A stretch of DNA of 64,000 nt, from positions 83,576,001 to 83,640,000 of the forward strand of contig OX597827.1 in NCBI GenBank assembly GCA_951406725.2, written 5' to 3'. Position numbers and translations under genes: made by a program. How positions within the stretch are numbered: position 1 is the stretch's first letter; the number at the start of each line of letters is the position of its first letter. Positions 54,170 through 64,000 of this stretch are shown one piece after another. This DNA comes from Octopus vulgaris. Lineage: Eukaryota. Below the pieces are notes generated by a model. It saw nothing but the letters and a program-made list of their open reading frames with translations, did not search any database and had not been told where the DNA came from.

Positions 54170-55220
54170 CTGGTATGTAAGGCAGTCGGTGGAGCACCGA
54201 GTTGACCGCGACCCTAAATCTGTCAGATTAGGTCGTTCTGTCAGTGAGAGAGAAGGAGGGAGGGGGAAGTTAGCATTATGCCTCCTCCCTCTACTCCTCT
54301 CATTGATCAGTGCGAGTGAAGGAGAGGGTGGTGGCGGTGCGAATTGATGTAATTGTCTGTGGGAGGGGTGGGAGTAGCGTTTGTGTGTGTGTGTGTGTGT
54401 GTGAGACTACATGTGTGACTGTGAATGTATTGCATGTGTTTAATGTATGGCTACTGCAATGTAGAGATTATGTATGAGTAACAGAAGTAGTAAGAGAGGG
54501 TGAGGGGGAAATAGTAAGGATAGGCAGGGAGAGGTAGTGAGAGAGAGAGAGAGAAAATGAGAGCGCGATAGGAAGAAAGTAAAAAGAAAGCGAGAAAGAA
54601 TAAGATTGATAGAGAGGGAGTAAAAGAGATAATAGAATAGAGACGGAGTAAGAAGGAGAGGAGGAAGGATACAGATGAGTGGTAGGAGGAGGAGGAGGAG
54701 TGAATTTTGACCGCGTTTCACGGACGTCTAGGTCATTTAGACTCACTACTGTGGTCATAGTGTGGGGGGGAGGGATAACATGTAGTGAGGGGGGTAAATA
54801 GGTACACATGTACTGGAGGTAGGCTGCCGTCGTCGTAGCAGTGGATGTGCGCGCGCGCAAGCGTATGTCTATATAGCTGTGTGTAAGTATGTTAATGTGA
54901 GCAGGTATGTGTGTCGATGTGTCCGTATCAGTCCGTGTGTGCGGTGCCGCTTTATCCAAATAGTCACAGCTCCAGTTTTCACGTCACCACTACTACGACC
55001 ACCGCCATTATTACAACTACCAAATACGCATAATTATTATTCTTCTACTGCTATGACCGCCAATCCTACCACGACCACCACTCTATTTCCCAACTCCTCC
55101 CTCTTCTATATTCGTCCGTCACAACCTCATTCTTTCTTCCTATCTCGCTACTGACACAAATAGGTGAAGGGCGACTGAGCACTGCAGCGGGAGACATAAA
55201 CACACAGCTGTCTTCAGTAA
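54170..55220. promoter_or_regulatory. CpG-enriched unique region, promoter- or enhancer-like
   Basis: Many CpGs, a gcgcgcgcgc run, ctatatag, tcacgtca, short palindromes and GA-rich flanks. Confidence 0.45.
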
Positions 55221-55600
55221 GATTCGAACTCCTGTACACACAGTTGATGAACAATGAGGAGGGAACAAACACTTTCATAAACCAACAAGCCACGGTGGAT
55301 CAACGGCCCTGATTTTCCTATCAGCACATGTATGGAGCTGAAGTGCCTCGTCAGGAACCTTTAGGCTTGTGTCACAGTAGCTTCTTGAGCAGACTACAAT
55401 AAGCTGCTCATTATCACACACGCAGTGGAATGACTCGGTGCAATGGTAGGACAAAGGAGAAACAGAGCTGAACAGAAGAGTGGATATCTTTTTAATGTTT
55501 GATAAATACCATGCACATGAGTTTAGGTCTCTGAGTCACTTGAGGGTGGACAAAGAAATTACAGAAACAAGAAGATGGAATGAACAGGCTTTAATCACAA

Positions 55601-55726
55601 CACAACAACTGTTTCTGTGCGTTTGTAAGAGTTGTTAGTTGCTGAGATTTCCATATCACACTCTTACATGAAATATATAAATAATTATGATTGAGCATCA
55701 GATGTATACCACCACATCATCAGGTG
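55601..55726 (-). ncRNA. Type I hammerhead motif with about 100-nt stem II insertion
   Basis: CAC-CTGATGA-TGTG...CACA-GAAAC-AGTT-GTT-GTG. Confidence 0.55.
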
Positions 55727-56404
55727 AATGGCTTCGACAGCCTGTGTGTGTGTAAAATAATTTCATTTGGGTATTAACCCTGGAGTTTAGCCTATTAAGC
55801 TCATCTGCATGTAGTGGCTATCAGACAAGACAGTAATCTGGAGATTATTTTATCACATATCTGAAAATCCACAAATATCTAAAGAAATTTTACAATTGCA
55901 AACAAGAATACAGTGAGCAAGTCTTCTTATATTAATTTACAATTGTTTCATCTGAATTTGGTCTCATGAATATTAAGTATAATGAAGGAAATTAGAGGTT
56001 ACCAGTTCTGTTATTGAAGAATTAAGGAAGATCCATAGTAAAAGATATTAGTAATTACCAGTTCCATGTTTGAGGAAAGTGAGGTAGGTTATAAGTGGAA
56101 GGTGTGTGAGGGATTCAGAACAGTATTCTTCAATGGAACTGGTGACTACTAATCCCCTTTATTAAGGATATTCCTTAATTCTTCCTCTCTGGAGATAGAA
56201 TAGTTGGCTTACATGGAGATCTTTGCTCAATGACCTCAATGACCTATACACCATATGCATAGATGTTGCAGAAACAGCTGGAAGGGTCCCTAATCCCTAA
56301 TCCCTTAACTGCTTTGCACTTAGGTTTGAATTAAAAATTGCATGCTCTAAAGTGATACAATATGTTTTGTTCATCCTTTCTTGGCACTCAGCTTCAACAA
56401 CAAA

Positions 56405-56685
56405 TCTTCCAGTGGATCTGATCAATGGAATAGGTTGCTTGGGAAATTAAAGTGCCGGGGACTGAGCATTCTACAGACAGGCGTACCCTTAATGTAATTC
56501 TCAGCGAGCTTCAGTGTAACACAGAATGTGACAAGGCAGGGCCCCCTGTTGAATTACAGGTACACCTCACTTTTGTCAGCTGAGTGACCTGCAGCAATGT
56601 GAAATAAAGTGTCTTGCACCATGCGGGAATTGAACTCATGACCTTACGATTGTGAACCGAATACTCTTACTGCTAAAACATGTTA
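56405..56685 (-). mobile_element. tRNA-headed SINE (family of 63450-63756)
   Basis: Shared gatcaa.ggaa, gtaacacaga.tgtgacaaggc, gaattacaggtac and ggaattgaactcatgac. Confidence 0.75.
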
Positions 56686-56848
56686 ATCCAGACACACTTT
56701 CTTCTCTCTCTGTTGTTTTAACTCCTTCTCTTTTCTCTTCTCATTCCTTTCTTTAGCTTTTTGTACAATTTTAGACCACACATACACACACACACACACA
56801 TATATTAAAGGTGCAGAAATGACGTACTCCGAAGGAATTTAAAAGTAA

Positions 56849-58650
56849 CATCATCATCGTTTAACGTCCACTTTCCATGCTGGCATGGGTTGGATGATTT
56901 GACTGAGGACTGGCAAACCAGATGGCTGCACCAGGCTCCAATCTGATCAGGCAGAGTTTCTACAGCTGGATGCCCTTACTAACGCCAACCACTCAGAGAA
57001 TGTAGTGAGTGCTTTTACATGCCACCAGCAGAAGGGCCAGTCAGGTGGCAACGGCTACGCTCAAATGGTGTTTTTTACATGTCACCTGCACAGGAGCCAG
57101 TGCACATGTTTCACTGCAACGCAACATGGTTGTTCATACAAATGTGTCATACAGTCTACCTTTTACTCTGAGCGAGAGGCCCTTTATCACCAGCAGAGGT
57201 AAGAGCTCTCTGAACTTTGCCCAGGCTATTCTTATTCTAGCAGCTTACTCTGGGTACATCTTATGGAGTTTCTACCTACGCCTTTTCTACAGATTGAGCA
57301 GGGCCATCTACCTGAAGGGATTTGTGGTTTGTCTGTCTTCCTACTTATGAGAACTTTGGTTTTAGCTAGGTTGACTCTAAGGCCCTTCAATTCTAATCCT
57401 TGCTTCCACACCTGAAACTTCTCTAGTTTTGATAGTGATTCAGCAATTAGAGCAAGGTCGTCAGCATAGAGGAGCTCCCAGGGGCATCCTGTCTTGAATT
57501 CTTCTGTTATCGCCTGGAGGACTATGATAAATAGAAGGGGGCTGAGGACTGAACCTTGGTGGATCCCTACCTCTACCTGGAATTCCTCACTGTACTCGTT
57601 GCCAACCCTCACCTTACTGACAGCATCCCTGTACATGGCTTGCACAGCTCTCACTGACCATTCATCTATCCCTAGTTTCCTCATTGACCACCAGATGAGG
57701 GATCGGGGGACCCTATCAAAGGCTTTCTCTGAATATAGGGGTTTATCTTTGACTAGGTATTTCTCCTGCTGTTGCTGCACCAGGAATATAGCATCAGTGG
57801 CACTTTTCCCTGGCATGAACCCAAACTGCATCTCATCTAAACTGACTCTCTCCCTAATTAGTTGGGCTCTGACCCTCTCCGTGATCTTCATTACCTGATC
57901 CAAGAGCTTGATATCTCTGTAATTATTTGTATCTAAAGTGTCACCTTTACCCTTGTAGCAGTTGACTATGGTACTGCTACATCAGTCATTGGGTATGACT
58001 CCTTCGTGTATCACCTGGTTAACTATACGGGTGACAAGGCTATAGCCGACACTGCCAGATATTTTGAGCATCTCTGCAGTGATTCCTGATGGGCTGGGGT
58101 CTTTCTCTGTCTTCATACTCTTAATTGCTTTATCTACCAAGCTACAGTCAACTCGCATAGCTGGTCCCTCTGTTGGCTCAATATTTGACAGATTCTCTTT
58201 CTCCCATTCATTTTCTTTATTCAGCAACCTTTCATAGTGGCGTCTCCAAACCTCTCTTTTTGCAGCCTCATTTAGTGCAAGTGAACCATCATCCATGCAA
58301 ACACATTTCTCTCCTACCACATCATGATTCTCTCTCATACCCTGTCTTGGTCCTTATGGCACAGGACATTGGCAAAGTTTTTTCTTATCTGCATCCACTC
58401 TGGCTAAATAAACCTGTCTCCTAGCTTCCCTTCTGGCAGTCTGATACACTTCCCTGCAACCACCGTTCTTCCAGTCCTTCCAAGCCTGTCTCTTTTCTCT
58501 AATAGCCCTGTCAACAACATTGTTCCACCACCACGTTATTTTGGGTCGAGAGGGGATTTTGCACCATCCACAGATCTGGTCAGTGGCCCTTAGCAGATTG
58601 TCCCGTAGAAACCTCCAGTTGTCTTCCACATTGTATGAAGCTATCTCCTA
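56849..58650 (-). mobile_element. RTE-clade LINE with RT, internal deletions and 3' UTR
   Basis: ORF 57232-57903 has FDRVP, QGSVLSP, YADD and WPCSICRKG; (CAT)n tail at 56849. Confidence 0.93.
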
Positions 58651-58739
58651 GGGTAAAATAAGAAATCCATGAACCAGGTCCTCCCAATCAGTTGGAAGGG
58701 TGTGGACGGTGTGTGTGTGAGGGTGCAGTAAATAGTTCA

Positions 58740-58900
58740 TTCAAATAAACAAATAATAAAACAAACAACAGGGGGACGTGCATAAGGAATGCATTAGCTT
58801 GACGCTCGGTGAAAAGAGTTTGATGTTTCAAGTATAGCTCTTCATCGGAATGGAGAAAGGAAAAAGTTCAAAGAAGGAAAAGAAATTACCAACAACACCT
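58740..58900 (-). mobile_element. Decayed copy of the 48680-48870 hammerhead repeat
   Basis: Minus strand reads CCGATGA-A-GAGC-tat-ACTT-GAAAC-ATC. Confidence 0.55.
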
Positions 58901-59434
58901 ATACAGTTCTATATTTAAGAGTTGAGGAATTATTTACATTTGACGTATATTTGTTCTCATCTTGTTTGTTGTTAACACAACATTTCGGCTGATGTACCCT
59001 CCAGCCTTCTTGAGGTATCTTGGGGACCCTCCAGCCTTCATCAGATGTCTTGGGGAAATTTCAAACCTGGGTTCTCGTTCCTAAGGTATTTTTCGATGTT
59101 GTTGTTGTTATTATTATTATTATTCAGGTCACTGCCTGGAATCAAACTTGGAATCTTGGGGATTAGTAGCCTGCGCTTTTAACCACAATGCCATGGCATA
59201 TGGCGTAATGGTTAAGAGTGCGGGCTACTAACCCCAAGATTCCGAGTTCGATTCCAGACAAAGATTTGAAGAAGAAGAACAACAACAACAACAACATAAA
59301 AAAATACCTTTGGAATGAGAACCCAGGTTTGAAATTTCCCCAAGACACCTGAAGAAGACTGGAGGGTATATCAGTCGAAACGTTGTGTTAACAACAAACA
59401 AGATGAGGACAAATATCCGTTAAATGTAAATAAT
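58901..59434. mobile_element. Head-to-head dimer of a tRNA-headed, hammerhead-tailed SINE
   Basis: Mirror arms around atgccatggcat (59188-59199); A and B boxes; hammerhead motif in each arm. Confidence 0.88.
59344..59389 (+). ncRNA. Minimal type I hammerhead ribozyme with intact core
   Basis: GACAC-CTGAAGA-A-GACTG-10 nt-CAGTC-GAAAC-GTT-GTGTT; palindromic ACGT stem III. Confidence 0.8.
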
Positions 59435-59489
59435 GAACAACTATACATATATATATACATACACACATACATATATAAATATATATATA

Positions 59490-60074
59490 TCTTGCTCCTC
59501 CTCCCCCTTCCCGTCGTTCACCCGCGACGAGACTTCCGCTGCTGTCTCTCTCCCCTGACCCTCTCAAGGTAATGGACGACAATTCTTTTTGCTCCGCTCG
59601 TCGTTCATAAAAAATTCCACGTTCGCAATACTTTTTTTCATTCGGCGTTAACAGCCCTTCTTATCTTGTTTTTCCTTGTCCTGTCTTTTACTGTTTATAA
59701 TTTGTACTGTCGTTACTGTCCTGTTTTTGTTACCATTTTTTACCCCTCTGTGAAAAGATCTCAGAATTTTAATTGATTTGCTTTTCGCAGGAAGGAAAGT
59801 TTCTTGTCGAAGATACGTCTCACTTTTATCCTTCGAAACGTAGAGTAGATGAAACCTTAACGACTGAAGAAGGGGTTTTTTCTTTGTGTTAATTGTCCTG
59901 TACTCTATTTTTTTTTTTAAATGTCCAGTTCCTTTGGTTTGTGTCTATGTTTTCGTTTCTCATTGTGTTCGACGTCCTTTTGGTGTCCTGTACTCATATA
60001 TGCGTGTATATGTACATGTAGAGGTAGGTACGTACATATATGTTTATATATATGCATATGTTTTATTTTATTTA

Positions 60075-60078
<4 letters not shown>
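59490..60078. mobile_element. Unclassified CpG-rich repeat, longer copy of 15058-15378
   Basis: Homology over 59760-60078. Confidence 0.65.
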
Positions 60079-60148
<70 letters not shown>

Positions 60149-60345
60149 ATGGGTAAATATACATCAGAAAAGTGCACAATAGAGGCAATTAGAGTTGACA
60201 AGGTATGAAAAATCTGAGTAAAGTGAGACAGAATCCAGGTAATCAAGAGCTAGTTAATGGCAATATAATAAGATTGACAAATGGTTGTTAAGACATCAAA
60301 ATAATTATAAAATTGTTTTACAGAAGTGAGTATAAATATAATTAA

Positions 60346-60565
60346 CCCTTTAGTGTTCAGATTACTCTGTTAAATGTAATACTTTTTCACTCAAATTGTT
60401 TTGAATTAATCATGCATTATTTTATAGCTTTGAGGTTTCAATGATGTGATTGTTTATTTTTGGAATGTCAATGTAGGTGAGGTGTGAGAGGCTGGATCTG
60501 GCCAGTTTGAATATAAAACATGTAGAATATTTGGGCCTGATATGGCCGGTTTAAACACTAAAGGG
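60346..60565. mobile_element. TTAA-specific MITE, second family
   Basis: TTAA|CCCTTTAGTGTT...AACACTAAAGGG|TTAA. Confidence 0.88.
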
Positions 60566-61444
60566 TTAAACAGAAAAGGCATCAAAATCAGAAAAGCGAA
60601 AACTTGTAGTAGTTTTTCATAGATAGAGACATACCCAGAGAGTTCATATTCAAACTTCACAGAAGAGAATACGGATAGTCCTTTACAGCTGTTTCTGGTG
60701 TGTACATATCCATGAAATTGGTGTTAGTTAAAGCATATGAAATAACACAAATTCGGCACCCCATCGCTGTATCATCTTATCTTCTTCCCAGCTACTCTCA
60801 TTCACCCTTAATAAATGCAAGGCAGTCAAAAGTCTCCTCTATAGCCAGAAACCATACATTCGTCTGTCATACTTTAGCTTCCCAACAGCTGGCATAAAGC
60901 CATCTCCCCGTTACCCTAAAATACTTCCCACCATTTAGTTGAGGGGGATTCTTTCCTTTTCTCTTTCTTTTCTTATAACTTACTAGGCAACTTCACAAAA
61001 AGCATCCAGTACACGAAGGGCATTCAACTGTAGAACCATGCCAAAGCTGTCATTGAAGCTTGATGCAGTCCTGCAGCCTGTTGGATACCATCAATCTGTC
61101 AAATGCATATAAGCATGAAAAATGGATGTCAAACGACGATGATGATGGAGGAGGAGTGTTAATAGAATTTAAAATTTGTGTTATTTTATATGCATTCACT
61201 AACACCAATTCATATCATGTTATGTGCACACAATGCATAATCCTGCACTTACTAAGCACCATGCCCCAGAAACAGCTGTAAAGAATTATCCATATTCTCT
61301 TCTCTTTTATTTGTAAAGTTCAAACTTTCAGATTATCTAAACCTATCTGTGAAGAACTACAACAAACTTTCATTTTCCTGAGTTGTCTGTTTTTTTAAAA
61401 TTACATTTATATTCACATCTGTATAATTATTTTATAAATGCTTT

Positions 61445-61493
<49 letters not shown>

Positions 61494-61814
61494 AAAGATG
61501 GCTGCAAGGAAGTCACCAGAATGCTTTAATTGTCTGGGAAAAGGAGAGCAGTAAGTTACACATATCTAAGTCCAACTTATGACAGTATAGAGATACAGAT
61601 CTAAAATGAACCAATGATGGACATGTATAAGGTGACCCCTGCTAATTAAGCAACATATCCTGTAGGTAACCTCTTCTCAACTGTTCTATCATTAAAATAT
61701 AATAAATATTTAAATCTCATTTGCTATTTGATTCATTTATATAGCTTAGACATGTCTGGCATTTGTGCAGGCAATGTCAGTGTGTGTGTGTGTGTACGCG
61801 CATGCGTATAAGAT

Positions 61815-62560
61815 TATCAGGTAAAAGGCTCTGCTCAATTTGGAGGAGAGGTGTTGGAAGGAATTCCATTCGTTGCATCCAGTGCAAGCTATGGACACAT
61901 AAGAGATGCAGTGGAATCACAGGAAAGTTAAAAAAGAAAGTAGTCTTTAGATGTGGCAGATGCACAGGAATAATAAACAGAAAGGATCCATGGCAATGAG
62001 ATTTTCTGAAATGCCCAGGAGGCTCCCTAGAGGTTGTGGAGAGTGTTCGTTATCTGGGTGACCTAATTAGTAGTGGAAGAGGATGTTCTGAAAGTAAGGT
62101 TGCTGGAATAAGAACAGGTTGGAGAAAGTTCAGAGTGAAAAGCAGATTGTATGAGGTTTGGGTACAAACAGCAATGCTCCATGGTAGTGATATGTGGGTC
62201 CTGAATACAAGGAACATTTGATGACTGGAGATGAATGAAGCCTGTATGCTCTGCTGTTTTTGCAATATTAATGTGCATGTGCAACAAAGCATAAATGTAT
62301 TGAGAGAAGAGTAATCAGATGTAGCATACAAGAGAGTAAAACTGTTTGGTCATGTGATGTATATGGATAGGGAGAGTCATATGAAGAAGGGAGAGTCATA
62401 TGAAGAAGCGGATGGAACCTGCAAGAGAGACCCAGGAAGACATGGATTGAAGCAGTGAGGGCTGATCTGAAGAGGCTGAGCTTCACAGAAGAGATGACAA
62501 TGGACCTTGATGTCTGGCAAGATGAGGTTCTTGAGAAGACCTGACCACCTCAGTGAAATA
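61815..62560 (+). mobile_element. Decayed RTE 3' ORF region including the PHD-like finger
   Basis: RNSIRCIQCKLWTHKRCSG..FRCGRC, RYLG, RPRKTW. Confidence 0.85.
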
Positions 62561-63449
62561 GAGTTCTGGAAGCATCAGCTACAATGTGCTCTCCATCCCC
62601 ACATTACATTAATTCACCTTCCACCCCCCCACCCTTCATATATCAAACTACTTCTCAAGATTCCTTTTCCTCTTGTCTCCCTTTCCACCTGTTTCTGCAG
62701 CCCCAAATCCCTTTGTCATCCCTCTCTCTATCCCCTCCCCCTAACAATTGCATCATTGCTGTCCAGCCACTCCCCCCCCCTGTACACTTGAGATCACAAC
62801 TCACTGCATTCCCCTTCTCCTGTCCTCTCCCTGCCCAATCCTCCACCCCACTCTCATTCACCTCCTCCTACCTCAAGGCTATGCCCTGACATATCTTCAG
62901 CAACACTATCTCTCCCCTCCAGCTAGGGTTGCCATCTAGCTTCTCTGTAGCAAAGGGCCTGTTTCCAGCCTCGCATCACCTGGCACAAAGCCATCTCCTT
63001 CAATACTACTCCCCCACCCGACCTTTTCAGCTGAGAGGGGGGGGGGGTCTTGTCTTGCAAGTTACTTGACCTCACTGGTGCCACATAAAATGCACCCAGG
63101 ACATTCTGTAAAAGTAGCTGGCATTAGGAAGAACATCGAGCAGTAGGAACCCTGGCAAAGCAGACAGAGGAGCTGGTGACCCAGAGGGCTCTGCCAAGCT
63201 CCTCTGAAGCTGTCCAACTCATGCCAGCATGGAAAGCAGGCGTTCAATGATGTAAAGTGAATTTTATCTTTGAAAAGAGCAGGGACTGTTTAGAAACTAC
63301 TGTTAGCAGGTATCCACTGGTTAACAGAAGCGGGGGACTGTGCATCTTCTGCCAGGTATTGAGTGCTTTCTTCAGTTCGTGTGTACTCAATACCGCAATG
63401 ACAGTCTCTCTCACACACACTCATATATATACACGCACCTATATATGTT

Positions 63450-63756
63450 GGCACTCAGTTATGGTGACAAGGGTTCCAGTTGATCCGATCAACGGAACAG
63501 CCTGCTCATGAAATTAACTTGCAAGTGGCTGAGTATTCCTCAGACACATGTGCCCTTAATGTAGTTCTTTGCGTAACACAGAGTGTGACAAGGCTTCCCC
63601 CTTTGAATTACAGGTACTACTTGTTTTTGCCAGCTGAGTGGATGGGAGCAATGTGAAATAAAGTGTCTTGCTCAAAGATATGACGCACTGCCAGGAATTG
63701 AACTCATGACATTATGGTCACAAGCCAAATACCTTAACCACTAAGCCATGTGCCTA
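63450..63756 (-). mobile_element. tRNA-headed SINE
   Basis: Minus-strand head aggcacatggcttagtggttaagg...gagttcaattcc. Confidence 0.8.
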
Positions 63757-63804
63757 CATACACACACACTCACATGTGCATGCACATTTATATATATATA
63801 TATA

Positions 63805-63935
63805 CAGGGTGTCCCCAAAAAATGTATACACATAATGGTTCGGCAAAAGAGAATGATATAATAAGTACTAGGCTTACAAAGAATAACAAATTTACAATTA
63901 TTTAAGGTGTGTATACATTTTTTTGGGACACCCTG
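63805..63935. mobile_element. 131-bp Tc1/mariner-type MITE
   Basis: TA|CAGGGTGTCCCCAAAAAATGTATACAC...GTGTATACATTTTTTTGGGACACCCTG|TA. Confidence 0.92.
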
Positions 63936-63969
<34 letters not shown>

Positions 63970-64000
63970 GAAGAGGGAACCCAGGAAGACATGAGACAAG

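Noticed and set aside
56288-56308. Telomere-like ccctaat repeats
   Set aside because: Only two to three imperfect 7-mers
59195-59260. tRNA gene (also the heads at 13966, 16033, 18062, 44143 and 63700)
   Set aside because: A and B boxes are present but there is no complete acceptor stem, and each continues into a repeat body; these are SINE heads
59780-59880. Permuted hammerhead (GAAACGTA before CTGAAGA)
   Set aside because: No convincing stem I, and the homologous copy at 15120-15170 lacks GAAACGT

Overview
Repeat-dense, AT-rich animal genomic DNA. It is most likely octopus or another coleoid cephalopod; this is inferred from the SINE, RTE and microsatellite content, not from a database search. 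No intact protein-coding gene is supported, and most ORF-track entries are microsatellite translations or decayed retrotransposon ORFs. The window contains decayed RTE-clade LINEs (whose consensus RT carries an inserted PHD-type C4HC3 finger), a CR1/L2-group LINE, a CRE-like relic, tRNA-headed SINEs, TA- and TTAA-type MITEs, long microsatellites, CpG-rich regulatory-like islands and a chain of candidate minus-strand exons. The most interesting signal is about nine type I hammerhead-ribozyme motifs from several Penelope/retrozyme-like families. One family is a tRNA-headed (Pol III) SINE with a hammerhead tail, inserted as a head-to-head foldback dimer and showing a compensatory stem II change. 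Several other long foldback elements occur, including a 559-bp palindrome built from two mariner 3' ends. Coordinates were read by eye; repeat boundaries are approximate.
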